DNA from: Eledone cirrhosa
Lineage: Eukaryota
NCBI GenBank assembly: GCA_964016885.1
Contig: OZ024742.1
Span: 314,526,001-314,590,000 of the forward strand
Direction of reading: 5' to 3'
DNA: 64,000 bases
The notes under the pieces were generated by a model that had not been told where the DNA came from, did no database searches, and worked only from the letters and a program-made list of their open reading frames with translations. This document shows positions 1 to 13,658 of the stretch, in pieces. The stretch's first letter is position 1. Every line of letters begins with the position of its first letter. The position numbers were made by a program, and so were the translations under genes.

Positions 1-684
1 AGTCGTTGGGACACGTAAATAAGGGGGGGGGACATTAGAGTAACAACAAAAGGGTTATAGCAACGGAAAGTGAGTAGAAATAGACAAGTCCCAGATCTCT
101 ATGAATATAAACTCTGTGAAATCGTGAACAAGAGACGAAAGACCATCGAACCTGGTAGAAATGTGAGCAAGGAAAGAATTTCGCCCAAGTTCGACAGGGG
201 GGAAAAAGGAGAGAGAGAGAGAGAGAGAGAACGAAAACTGGTCTACGAATTCGGTAAACGCAAGTTTTGTGAAGTCGCAGACGAAAGAGAGAGAGAAAAA
301 AAATTATTACCAGCTCGGTCAAGACTGCGCGAGAAAAGAATTACACACAGGTCAAACTTGAAGGAGGAGGAGGAAAGAGGAGGAGGAGAGGTAGTGACAG
401 AGAATGAGTGAGTGAAAGTTGAGGAGAGGGTAACAGAGAGGAAACTGCTAAAAGTGGTAGAGATACAAGGAACGAAACAGACAGGCAGCATGGAAAGTAT
501 ATGTGTAAATATGGTGATAATGGAGCTGCGGCGTTGCAAATGGGATACATATGAAAAAGTGAGTCCTCATCAGTGACCCTCCAACCGTCCTCGGCTAAAA
601 AAAGTCGTTGGGACACGTAAATAAGGGGGGGACATTAGAGTAACAACAAAAGGGTTATAGCAACGGAAAGTGAGTAGAAATAGA
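1..684. repeat. Direct repeat of about 83 bp (1-83 and 603-684) bounding a ~600 bp purine-rich unit, probably a tandem repeat element cut by the window edge
   Basis: agtcgttgggacacgtaaataagggg...gtgagtagaaataga occurs at 1 and at 603, followed by (TA)n(GA)n. Confidence 0.75.
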
Positions 685-696
685 ATAAATATATAT

Positions 697-775
<79 letters not shown>

Positions 776-928
776 TATATATATATATGAAAAGTGTAAT
801 TTTCTACACAAAACGAAGGTTATAGAGAAAATTGAGGTTGGTAATGGCACATGGAATATATAAGAGACAGAATACTTTTTTGTGAGAAAACATAATTTTA
901 TAAGGTAAGGAAATAATAAAGGGTATAA

Positions 929-976
929 AAAATGACCGGTTTCGATGGGTCTGCAAAAGCCATCTTTTCAAATGTT
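929..976 (-). ncRNA. Minimal hammerhead ribozyme motif, U3-A8 variant (inverted pLTR copy)
   Basis: Reverse complement of 5019-5066. Confidence 0.6.
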
Positions 977-1332
977 GATTAATATTAAGAAAAATTAATA
1001 ATACGAAGAGTTAAAATTTGAGACTTGAAAATTCAAGTATAAAATTCATTGTGGGATTTCATAGCAGTTTTCATCTAGGTAGCAACTACAGGTTGACTGC
1101 TGTGTCCCTTTCTGGTAGTGAATGAGAAGTTATTTGGGGTGTGGGTTATTTTATAAAGGTCAGATTTAGCAATCACCAACTGGCCAGCTGCTGGTCAGTG
1201 AGGGGGTGGAAGCAATATACATACACATATCTTCCTGTGATGGGTAGGAGAATGGAGCGTGATAGAAAGGGATTTAGTGCACTTACACCTATATATACAC
1301 ACATACCTTCATCCACACATACATACATATAC

Positions 1333-1381
<49 letters not shown>

Positions 1382-1446
1382 CACACATACATACACACAC
1401 ACATACATATACATACACACATACACACACACACATATATACACAT

Positions 1447-1509
<63 letters not shown>

Positions 1510-1576
1510 TATATATATACATACACATACATCCAGATACACACATACATACACACACACACATATATATATATAT

Positions 1577-1626
<50 letters not shown>

Positions 1627-1629
1627 CCA

Positions 1630-3740
1630 ATTCCTAACGGAATTCTTCCACAACGACACCAACACTGAAGACGAATCACTGGTTAGAAATAAAAGCAATT
1701 TCTGCCCACAAAAGGGAAGAAATAAAGCACTGGACACGTACTGCGAACACATCACCAACTTTCCCTATGAAAAAATTACAAATAAACACACGAAATCAAA
1801 CCTATCTACACACGAATGGGAAGAATTATTCACACTTAGAAACAACCCTGAGATAACTATCAAAGAAGCCGATAAAGGCAGTACTGTTGTCATTATGAAT
1901 ACGGACTACTATAGGACCCTCGCACTTAACATTTTAGAAAACAACACATACTATGAAAAAACAGAAAACTACAAACACACCAAAACAATGGGGAACCTTT
2001 TGACCTTACTGAATAAATACCGCAACAGCTTAACCACAAAAGAGTTTAACTATATAAGCCACTTCAAATGCAATACAAGCTCTTTTTACGGCTTACCCAA
2101 ACTTCACAAATGTAAACCCATAAACGATGCATGTGACACCTCAACCAACAATTACATTGAACTAACACCACCAGAAGACCTAAAACTCAGGCCAATTATA
2201 GCAGGCCCTACATTTGAAACCCACAGACTTAGCAACTTTCTGGACATCCTACTGAAACCCTTTCTACAACATATACAGAGCTACATACGCGATGACCTTG
2301 ACATGCTGAAACACCTCCCTAAAACAGTAAGTGCAAATACAATTCTTGTCTCCTTTGACGTAATAAACCTCTACACAAACATACCTCACAACTATGGAAT
2401 AACAGCAGTCCAATACTGGCTTAACACACACCCATCAGAAATACCGACACGCATCAACACAGATTTTATCACTGACGGACTCCGCTTTATCCTACAAAAT
2501 AACTACTTCACATTCAATGGTTCAACATACAGACAAGTATCAGGTACGGCAATGGGCACGAAAGTAGCACCCACATATGCCAACCTAGTCATGGGATTCC
2601 ATGAACAACAAATATACAGTCAGTCCCTTCTCTTATTTGGAGACTCTTTCCACACACCTCAAAGCCAATTGGAAAAGATATCTAGACGACTGCTTTATCC
2701 TATGGCAAGAAGACATGAACTCACTTACTACGTTTAAAAACATGATAAACAACATAGATAATAACATACAATTCACAATGGAATCCAATCCTAAGGAATT
2801 AGCCTTCTTGGATATTCTCATCTCTGTAATAGACGGGAAATTAGATACAGATATATTCTATAAACCCACAGATTCCAAGCAATACCTCTTTTTCACATCA
2901 AGTCACCCAAAACATACAAAACTTAACATTCCTTACAATTTGGCCAAACGTATATGTACCATAGTATCAGATCCACCTAAACAGGAGCAAAGACTAAAGG
3001 AACTAAAAGACACCCTTATCTTAAGAGCCTTTCCACTTGAAATAATCAACAATGGAATAGACAGGGCAAAACACCTAAATCCCCATCAACTTAACAATCC
3101 AAAACAGAAAACCACACTCAACACCCTGCCATATGTATCCACTTTCAACCCCAGAAATACCGAAATGTTTGATCACCTACACAAAAACCTCCCCATCCTA
3201 CTTAAAGATGTAAAAATGAAGTCTATTCTTGAAACACACAAGATCCTTAAAAGTAAAAGACAACCCAAATCACTTAAACGCATTCTCACTGGACCAAATA
3301 TACCCAAACCAATCCTCAACCCTACAGTTACCAAATGTGGTAGAACAAACTGTGGAACGTGCCTCTACCTCACTGAAGGACAAACATTTACATTCAAAGA
3401 TGGCCAAACATTTACAGTAAAAAACAATTTCACCTGCAACTCGGAGAACTTGATTTACGCAATAACTTGCGGTGGGTGCAAACACAACTACATAGGACAG
3501 ACGGGCACCTCATTACGCAAAAGAATGACCATCCATCGCCAACAAATCCGGGACGCTAACACAAGAAAAATCCCCTTGAGCAGCCATATTGCGAACTGCG
3601 CAGGAATGACACTACCCAACTTTAAAATCTTCCCCTTCTACAAGTGCTCAGATTCGTTCACACAACAACAAAGAATAAACAAAGAAAATCTATTCCTTAA
3701 CAAATTTAAACCAAAACTAAACGGGTTATCACCCCAATAG
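1630..3740 (+). pseudogene. PLE reverse transcriptase plus GIY-YIG endonuclease, one frameshift near 2655
   Basis: Motifs: [65 protein letters not shown], linker KCGRTNCGTC, NLIYAITC...YIGQT...RMTIH. Restoring 2 bp in ttccacacacctc joins the two frames. Confidence 0.93.
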
Positions 3741-4336
3741 AATTGTCATAAAATATAAACACACATACGCACGGAATCACTACTATTAAAGACCAGAGAC
3801 CAATTCTGTAGAATCAGGTTTATTCATTGACAGACCATGCCTTTGTGTGACCAACACATCCATGTTAAACCCTGCACGTGCACACACATATATCTATATA
3901 TATATGCGCACACAGAATTCACCACTGTCGGTTGCGGGGCCCAATCTACATGAAGAAATCAATGTGATCAGAATGACTTGTATTTTAATTTCACTGCCCC
4001 AACGTCTTATATTATGGAAAAAATATGTGTCTGTATGTATATATATATATATTTGAAGGCCATTTCTCTGTGTGTGGGTGTATGTATGTGTATATGTGTG
4101 TGTGTGTGTATGTGTGTGCATGTGGATGTATGTATTGTGTGTGCGTGTGTGTGTGTGTGTGTATGTATGTGGGTATCTGGATGTATGCGTATGTGTATAT
4201 ATATATATATATGCGTGTGTGTGTGTGTGTGTGTGTATATATGTGTGTGTATGTGTGTATATATATGTGTGTGTGTGTGTATGTTTGTATGTGTGTATGT
4301 ATATATATATGTGTGTGTGTGTGTATGTATGTGTGG

Positions 4337-4376
<40 letters not shown>

Positions 4377-4379
4377 GTG

Positions 4380-4414
<35 letters not shown>

Positions 4415-4455
4415 ATGTATGTGTGTATCTGGATGTATGTGTATGTATATATATA

Positions 4456-4520
<65 letters not shown>

Positions 4521-4587
4521 ATGTGTATATATGTGTGTGTGTGTATGTGTGTATGTATATGTATGTGTGTGTGTGTATGTATGTGTG

Positions 4588-4662
<75 letters not shown>

Positions 4663-5018
4663 GTATATGTATGTATGTGTGGATGAAGGTATGCGTGTAT
4701 ATATAGGTGTAAGTGCACTAAATCCCTTTCTATCACGCTCCATTCTCCTACCCATCACAGGAAGATATGTGTATGTATATTGCTTCCACCCCCTCACTGA
4801 CCAGCAGCTGGCCAGTTGGTGATTGCTAAATCTGACCTTTATAAAATAACCCACACCCCAAATAACTTCTCATTCACTACCAGAAAGGGACACAGCAGTC
4901 AACCTGTAGTTGCTACCTAGATGAAAACTGCTATGAAATCCCACAATGAATTTTATACTTGAATTTTCAAGTCTCAAATTTTAACTCTTCGTATTATTAA
5001 TTTTTCTTAATATTAATC

Positions 5019-5066
5019 AACATTTGAAAAGATGGCTTTTGCAGACCCATCGAAACCGGTCATTTT
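5019..5066 (+). ncRNA. Minimal hammerhead ribozyme motif, U3-A8 variant, in PLE pLTR
   Basis: TTGAAAA, stem II gatgg/ccatc, GAAA, palindromic ACCGGT, GTC cleavage triplet. Stem I is imperfect (aacat/atttt). Confidence 0.6.
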
Positions 5067-5166
5067 TTATACCCTTTATTATTTCCTTACCTTATAAAAT
5101 TATGTTTTCTCACAAAAAAGTATTCTGTCTCTTATATATTCCATGTGCCATTACCAACCTCAATTT

Positions 5167-5198
<32 letters not shown>

Positions 5199-5820
5199 GA
5201 GAGAGAGAGAAAGAGAGAGAGAAAGAGAGAGATAGGTATGTAGACAGATTGACAGAGAGTCAGGCATATATATATGTATTAATATATGGAAAAAACACAA
5301 TGTTTATATACAATAAATATATTGTACACTCACTATGAAGTGAATGTACTCACTATGAAGGAAAAACAATTTCTTTGTAATGAAAATTATTTTTTCCCTA
5401 TTTTTCTCTGTGAACACATTACTACTATATGTTTATTGTATATAAACATATAGTATAGGTCTCCATATACACCGCTATTATGCTTCAACGCTGTCTTATT
5501 GCTACTGCTAAATAATTATAACCAACCAATTCTACACCATAAGCAAATGAGCAAACTCTCACGCCGCAAGTTCTACATACTCTAGTCTATTGCCATGTCA
5601 GTACCTTTTAGTGAATGTCATTGATGAATATTAGTGAATCTTGAAACAGTGGTATCTGGCATACTGCCATTGATACCTCATGACATGTTCACGGAGAAAA
5701 ATAGAGTAAAATGATTTTATTTGTTATGAAAAAATATAGTTTTTTGATAGTATTTCTATTATGTTTATTGTATATAAATAAATATTTCCTTATACATTCC
5801 TAATCTCTCTCCCCTCCACC

Positions 5821-5884
<64 letters not shown>

Positions 5885-5888
5885 ATAT

Positions 5889-5920
<32 letters not shown>

Positions 5921-8271
5921 ATACACATATACATGCATGTTTAAGGAGCTATTTATATATATACATGCTTATATATTTTTATATTTATATGTAGAAGCAT
6001 TAGGTAGATAAATATGTATAAAAATACATTCATCATATATATTCATATGTATTAGTTTATGTGTATGTATACTGCATGTGGACTGCTCGTGTGTATTTTT
6101 AAGTACGATTTGTCATTCTGCACGAGGATTATGTATTTTACCTCTGGCAGTTTTACCTTCATCAAATAATATAATTATCACATAAGCTTCAGAGAATGAT
6201 TGAATTATAATTATTACCTATATAGTCAAATATTCGACATTGTTTATATTCTCTTTTGTTTAATGATATTTCCTACATTCATAGACAATTTATTCATAAT
6301 AGATATTATAGCACTCCATAGCATTCTGTTATTTCCTCATAGATATATTTCTCAAACTTTGCAAATTCTGAAGTAATTAATTATGAAAAGATATTTAAAA
6401 TTATTTATAATGTATGAAATATAGCATCCAGAAAGGTTAACTCATTCTAAACGGATGCTTGAACATTTGAAGAAAAATAGTAAATAAAATGAAAATTAAA
6501 AGAATTATATCTGTGAATAAGATATTACATTCACATCCTGTTTGAAATTACAATCATTATCATATACTTAAATATGGTAAGACGGTCAATTAATATTTTA
6601 AAAGCTAATAATTTTTAAAACTGAAACACAACAACGGCCGGAAATTAAAAAATTATTCATATTTTTTGTAAAGTAGGAGTTGTAATTGTTGGGAATCATA
6701 TGAATATGTCTCTTTTTTTGTTTTTTCTTTTCAGTTTTAAAAATATATTTTGAACTCAATCGATTAGAAAATTTCTTAGCAAAACTGTATTTCATCATGT
6801 TCAAATATAATTGGATATCGTGGTATTTAATCGAATTAATGCGGTCAACAAGTGCTGCGAATTAAATGTAGTTTGTCAGACAATCATGCCCGAGATCCAT
6901 AGTCGATATTCATTTAGAGACATTTCACATCCCACCATTCAATGCTTTCTCTTTTTTTATTTTTGAGAAAGACTTGAAAGTCACATAATCGTATGATCAC
7001 TGCTATAAGTACAATGCAATACAATCTCTGATCAATAATAGATATAAGGAAAATTATAGAGTGTAATAAGTTTTCGAAGACTGGACATTTTGAGAGTTCA
7101 TGAATCATTATTTTTTCATTTGGTTCTCTTGAAAGTTAGATTCCACAATAAATGGCAAACATTTACCAAAGAAATCTTTGATCTTTCTATTCTAAATTAA
7201 TTCGATTATTTGCCAGGGACACACCAGACAGCCTGTCAATAAACAGAATGCAAACTATCACACTATCATAACATCATGCTACAAACACGAAATAAGATTG
7301 GGGACATTGTATACTTAGTTTATTTGCATTATATGTTAATATTTCATTTCCACTTTAATTTCATCAGCATGGGTGCTCATTAATGCATCTTCCAGTTTCA
7401 GATAGATGGTGGTATCAGATTAAGTGCAAATCCCAGACATCTATTATGTTTGCCTACATGGGCTCAAACATTAACATTTCTCGAGAATATTGAGTGGTTT
7501 GATTCGATCCCGGTACTTGATTGGAGCCAATTTCTTCATCTACACAATAGTGGATCCAGTTTAGCTAGACGAAATTCAAACTTATAAAACAAAGCAACCT
7601 ATCTGAATAGAGCAAATAATTTGATATGTTGCCTTTGTATTTAAGCTATACACCATCGAAGGAAATGTATATAACATTAATTATATAACAGCGAACACTA
7701 TACCAAATTTGTGTACATAATTATTTCAAACAGATACCCAGATACCTTTATGGAAATATAGGTAACTACAATCTTCGTAATATATTTGTCTCGAATTTAA
7801 CAAAAGCTTGTATTACAATGCAACACCTTTCATGCAGGGCTCCATAAATACGTTTCAATATTATTCCAATGTTGATTTAAGGATGTTTAAAAATAACACC
7901 CATGGCATTATTCATGTATGGCCTCGAACGAAAACATTAAGTTTCTTTTCTTACTACTATTGTTATCCCAGTAGCTGTAGTTGCTGTTGTTTCATGTTTC
8001 CATTGATTCTCTAAATAGCTGAATGAATGAGGAAATACAATTATCCATGTAATAATATTAGTTTCTGTAAAGCTCATGAATGGTATTTCGCTAAGATAGT
8101 TTAACAAATGATTTAATTTGAGATAGTGCATTGAAAATAAAGAATTGCATGTTGTAGAATAATATTAGCACTTTAAATCTTACACCTGATGCTATAGCGA
8201 CTTTTATTCGGATAAACATTAAGTAGTCTTTTGTTGTACACGCACACACTCACATATATATATATATATAC

Positions 8272-8433
<162 letters not shown>

Positions 8434-8437
8434 ATAT

Positions 8438-8559
<122 letters not shown>

Positions 8560-8954
8560 TTATGTATGTATATTAGACCTGATAAATGACTCTTCACTAG
8601 GTAATAATCATCTACTTAAATGTGAACTAGTCATAGTTGTGTGACATAAGACTTTGATACTTAATTATGTTCACCATTATCACACCAGAAGAATAAAACA
8701 GCTGTGAATACAATGAAATATTAATAATAGAGAAGCCAACATAACAATAATAACAATAAAGACGCATTTCTAAAAGAGAAGTGAATATTAGTGTAAGTCT
8801 TATTGAAATGACTATAAAGATACTAATGTTTGTAATATTTGTTGATTACAATATGGCGTCTATGAAATGTTATTAGTAAATCATTACAGATATTTATACA
8901 AAAAGTATTCAAATCCTTTCCGTTGAGAACATTACTCTCCGTATTTGCTATCAA

Positions 8955-9570
8955 GGTAAATTTACTTGCAAGGTGGAGAGGTTCAAGTATCTCGGGGCCG
9001 TGTTCACGAGTGATGGAAGGTAGGAGGCTGAATTAAGTGCAAGAATTGCAAAAGCTAGTGCAGTAATGCGGCAGCTTAAACATCCAGTAATTAGTAGGCA
9101 TAAAAGACAAACTCTCTATCTAACACAATTCGGTTTTCGTGCCAACCCTTACCCATGGCCATGAATCTTGGGCAATGACCGAAAGAATACGATGGCGAAT
9201 ACGAGTGGCTGAAATGGGATTTCTTCGAAGGGTCTTTGAGGAAATGTTACTGGGTAATGTGCGTAACTCGTAAATGAGAGTCACACTAGGTAGAGACGCT
9301 ACTTCTAGGAATTGAGAGATCACAGCTCTGGTACTATGGGCATGTGGTTAGAATGTCTCAGGAAAGAAATGGACAGATTTTACTGGCAAAACCAACAGGC
9401 AAGAGACCCATGCGTAGAATCCAAGTAAGATGTTTGAAAAACATGCATGAGTTTGGGGATCCAGCCGGATCAGTTGGAGACGGTTGATTCTGACAGGACC
9501 CACTGGAGGGAATGAGTGTTTGAGGACCCTGGCCCACGACCGTCTCAGGAATAAATGGGCAAAGAAGAAG
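8955..9570 (+). mobile_element. Degenerate 3' fragment of an RTE-clade LINE
   Basis: Translates (with stops) to VERFKYLGAVFTSDGR, ARIAKASAVMRQL, HGHESWAMTERIRWRIRVAEMGFLRR; short gaagaag tail. Confidence 0.8.
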
Positions 9571-9639
9571 TTATATTTCATTAATGACACTTTCACAAAT
9601 TTATTTAATTTTCATTTCAAATATTTCCTGTTTGATTAT

Positions 9640-10800
9640 ACTTCAACAGCGCTGGCTGGTAATATGCAAAACTCCCTGAGAAATTCAGTGGCTTCAGTCT
9701 CATATCCACTTCAGACACGGCACTGCTGTATTAACTCTTCTCTATCTCCAGCAGCACCCTCACACTCGAGGTTCTCCGTAGGACGTCAGAACCTGAGTTT
9801 GGCTGAGAACTGGCGTTAGCTATGGCCGATTGGATCTACAAAGGCCTCACTGTGCACCAGTATACAAATAATTGTTTTTACTTTTGGCACAAGGCCAGCA
9901 ATACTGGCAATACTGGTACATTATTTTATCGAACGCGAAAGGATGAAAGGCAAAGTTAACCTCGGCGTCTTTTGAACTCAGACCGTAAAGGGCCGTAACT
10001 GTATGCTGCTAAGCATGGCGTCCAACCCTCTACCGATGCTGCCAACTCACCGTATACAAATAATATGCGTCTTCAAATTCAGGTCTTTTTTCAATCAGAT
10101 CGAGTCTTCCTTGGGCCAACACCGTCTCGCATACTTTCGCTCTGCCTCGCAACCAAACAGTAGCGTGTGGATCAATTCGGTAACCTCCTCATCTACCTGT
10201 ATCTTTCTTGATGATGAGTGTGCTTGTATTAAAGTTAACTAGTGCCTTAGCCACCGGGTATATAAGCCACACAGATGGGGTTTTGAACTGTTGTTGACGA
10301 GTTTAACCTGCACCCGCTAACATGTTGACATAGCGCAGGCGTGTACACAAGACACGCCGTTCTGAACGATACCATTAAGAAGAGCCTCGTTGCAAAAGGC
10401 TTCAAGGCATACCTTGAGTCAACTGACCTCGACCGTGTGCCAAAAGTAAGCATCCCATCGGAATAAACCTATTCCCATTCGTGGGAGACACATCCCTAAT
10501 CTGGGACGTGATGTGTTGTGACTCGTTCTATGCACCCAGCCTTTTCATTTCGACAGTAAATCAGAGCACCACCACAAGTAATGTACAGGTTCACATATCA
10601 GCATTCTTGAAGGAGAAGAGATGCGAATAAAAACGTTGTTTAACACAAACCTGCACCATACCGTCTTATCCGCCAGCCAGTTTGTTGAAAGTGGGTTGAG
10701 AGTGACTAACATGGTCTGGGTGAATGGGCATGACCCGAATTCTCCCTTGTAGATTGGAAGAGGACAAAAGGGAGGGGTCCCTTACTATAGCAGCCAGGTG
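9640..10800 (+). mobile_element. Degenerate 3' part of a restriction-like-endonuclease non-LTR retrotransposon (CRE-like), interrupted by a SINE
   Basis: RSASQPNSSVWINSVTSSS..FLDDE; VDEFNLHPLTC*HSAGVYTRHAVLNDTIKKSL; SLIWDVMCCDS. These resemble the Zn-knuckle/RLE C-terminus of CRE-type elements. The 5' boundary is uncertain. Confidence 0.7.
9873..10051 (-). mobile_element. tRNA-derived Meta-type SINE with a 13 bp target-site duplication
   Basis: A/B-box-like head and gcctttcatcct...gataaaataa central domain. TSD gtatacaaataat at 9860-9872 and 10052-10064. Confidence 0.85.
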
Positions 10801-10963
10801 ACCGTGATTTTTTGGTGGGTTCTGTGGCGTTTTAAATGTTTACTCTTTAGTCTTTCTTATAAAATTCATTTTCCTAAAAAAAACAGTGCCATCCTGTGCT
10901 ATCTTTGTTCTTCTCTTAATGTGAGCCTTCTGTGGCTCATAAAGAAACCATTATAAAGAAGCT

Positions 10964-11300
10964 GGTGGATTGGCAGAATCGTTAGAGCGTCGGACACCAC
11001 GCTTTGTAGCATAGTTACAGCCCTTTACGTTCTGAGTTGAAATCCCACCGAGGTTAGCTTTTCCTTTCATCCTTAGGAGTTGATAAAATAACGCACCAAA
11101 AATGTGCTGGGTTCGATTATATCGACTCTGCCCCCATCCCCCAAATTGGTGGCCTTGTGCCTGTGGTAGAAATCATTATTATTACCTTCTGAGTTCGAAT
11201 TCCACCGAGGTTACCTTTGCCTTTCAATCTTACGGGATCGATTAAAAAAGTACCTGGGATAATTGGTGGCCTTTTGCCAAAAGTAGAAACAAATATTATT
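10964..11300 (+). mobile_element. Meta-type SINE followed by a partial second copy
   Basis: ggtggattggcagaatcgttagagcgtcggac...gagttgaaatcccaccgagg...ctttcatcctt; the second copy starts near 11187. Confidence 0.8.
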
Positions 11301-12378
11301 ACACATCAATATTGCTTGGATTGCAACTCGGGGTTTTATGGTGTGAAATACATAAAAAAAAACAACAATTGCAATGAGCAAAGAAATTGATGATATATTA
11401 GCAAAATGGTTAATCATCATAATTTGGTTGCTCGGAAAATAGCCGTCAGAAAAAAACATCACTTTTTCATCTGTACAGGCATCATACAAAAAATTTTAAA
11501 AATACAAACAAAAACGCAATTTATTCAACTATTCACATGCGAAACATATTGGCATTTTTATGTTTTTATAAACTATATTTAAACAATGCTACAAATCTGG
11601 TTATTGTTAAGGACAAAGTGTATTTTTTGTTGTAGTTATTTCTTCATTATATGCTTGTATTTCAGGATATGGCAAATGTATTATGTAGAAAATAAACAAT
11701 ATATATATGAAGCAAGTTGGGAGTTTAAAATTCCTCGATAAATATAGATAGCTATGCCTGCAGAAATTATACAATTTCATACAGAATTGCAAAACTCTGT
11801 AACACAATATTATAAGTCAACAAGAAGCAAATATCAGACTTTCTGGAAGAATTAGTCTAGGAGCATGCGTGTTTTGTAATCGACCGATCATTGTTATAAT
11901 GATAAATATCATTGTAGTTTAAACCCCAGGTAAATGCATATATTGATGTGGTATTTATAAGTATTTGAGTATTTGAAAGTACACATATGTTGCGAGAAAT
12001 AGCTTTATGGAATATTTGCTCAGTGCAATATAGATTTTTGTTTCACTCTTCTTACCATAATTTCTTTTGTAGTTTATTTTCATAAACACATGCACAGGAA
12101 AGTTTTGAAGTAGCCATATATTTTTATGATAAACCTGAGGTTTGTAAATTTATAACATTATCTATAGTAGAGTTCCTTTGAAAATATTCTGCGCTGCAGA
12201 GTTTGGCCTATAATATGATGACTAACAATTGATTTTGTGAATATATATAGCTGCACATTAGATGCTGTTAGGAAAAGTGTTCATTGACTTCATAAAAGAT
12301 TTGTACATAAAGATTGCTGCAGATGCCACAAAATACATATTTATTGTCTTTGTTTTAAATAGTGTTAAAGACAACCCT

Positions 12379-12432
12379 AGAAGAAGAAGAAGAAGAAGAA
12401 GAAGAAGAAGAAGAAGAAGAAGAAGAAGAAGA
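12379..12432. repeat. (GAA)n microsatellite
   Basis: Perfect agaaga run. Confidence 0.95.
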
Positions 12433-12511
12433 TACTTAATACCAACTCATACTTGATTGCGAGTGACGGCTGTAGTTCAACATTTACAATAAATTTTTCT
12501 ATATTTTCTTT

Positions 12512-12805
12512 GTTATATTCTGGAGTCACTGGTTGTTTTGTGTGGTCTTTCAACATAGCCACATTCATCAAGGAGACCTAACTCAAAACACATCATCAGT
12601 GTTGTATCATGGAGTCACTGGGTGTTTCAGGTCTTACAGCATAATCACCCTCATCCAGATTACCTGATTCCAGAACACATCATCCGTGTTGTATCTTGGA
12701 GTTACTGGGTATTTCAGGTCTTACAACATAGTCACCCTTATCTAGGTGACCTGATTAAAGAACACTACTTCAGTGTAGTATCTTGGAATTATTGGGTATT
12801 TCCAG
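12512..12805. repeat. Diverged tandem repeat of about 87 bp, ~3.3 copies
   Basis: ggagt(c/t)actgg-like motif recurs at 12522, 12611, 12698 and 12785. Confidence 0.8.
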
Positions 12806-12885
12806 ATGACCCTTCCGGGGATGTCCAAGTTGTGTACATACTCTAACCCCATTGGTCACTTCACTTCAGCCCTGGCCATCCAGAT

Positions 12886-13231
12886 CAGAGGTTCTGAAGC
12901 ATTTTGGGCCACCCCATCGACAAGTACAGCCCTCAGCGCTCCCACCCCTATTTCCAGAGGGATCTACCTCCACGAAAATTGTAAATAATATATAATAAAT
13001 AAAATTGTTACTTTATATATAATGAATAATATAATATATACTATGTATAAATAAATATTATATATTTTGTATTTTACTATATTTATATATATAATATGTA
13101 TCATTTGATATTTAATATACTATTATATCATCTCTACACACCACCGCTCCACCGCTCCTTAGGCCCCAGCACCCCCTTGGATCTTCTCAATACCCGTCGT
13201 GAGGCGGTAGCGCCCACTTTGAGAACCTCTG
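12886..13231. mobile_element. hAT (Charlie-like) non-autonomous DNA transposon / MITE
   Basis: TIRs cagaggttctgaa...ttgagaacctctg; imperfect 8 bp TSD atccagat/atctaaat. Confidence 0.7.
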
Positions 13232-13385
13232 ATCTAAATTCTCTTTCTGCTGCTTCCACGTTGATTTTGATGGATCTTCCTCCAGCTTGCTCCCGTAATG
13301 TCTACAGTATCGTTGGCCTTTGTAATGGTAAAGACCTGCACACTCTCGACTGCCAACCACCATTTGGTATATACCTTGTCTTCCA

Positions 13386-13422
<37 letters not shown>

Positions 13423-13611
13423 TTGAGTATACTATTTATGGTTATGCAAATACAAAAACCTTTAGTAGTTATATATATTTTTATAAACCCTAAATAGTGG
13501 TAGGCAGTAATATATAGCTCAATGTTAAATAGCTCAATGTAATAACATCAGATGATTTACAGAGCAGTTATATGAATTATAAGAATCAAAGAACTGTTCA
13601 AAACATTGTTA

Positions 13612-13658
13612 TGCTTACAACTGTTTCCTCCAAACCGAGGTTTGGATTCTTCGGAGCA
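13612..13658 (-). ncRNA. Minimal hammerhead motif, CCGAAGA core
   Basis: Reverse complement of 14391-14437. Confidence 0.7.

Larger units (their letters stand above)
824..5171 (+). mobile_element. Penelope-like retroelement (Neptune-type), 5' truncated, with an inverted pseudo-LTR copy at its 5' end
   Basis: RT and GIY-YIG ORFs at 1630-3740. Positions 824-1629 are the reverse complement of 4334-5171. A hammerhead-like motif lies near the outer end of each arm. Confidence 0.9.

Noticed and set aside
5616-5661. TTGATGA...GAAAC-AGTG-GTA hammerhead-like motif
   Set aside because: Uncompensated C3U, weak stem II and displaced stem I. Possibly a decayed copy, not called.
12512-12805. Regularly spaced repeats as a CRISPR array or C2H2 zinc-finger exon
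   Set aside because: Whole units are homologous with no unique spacers, the context is eukaryotic, and there is no Cys/His pattern in an open frame.
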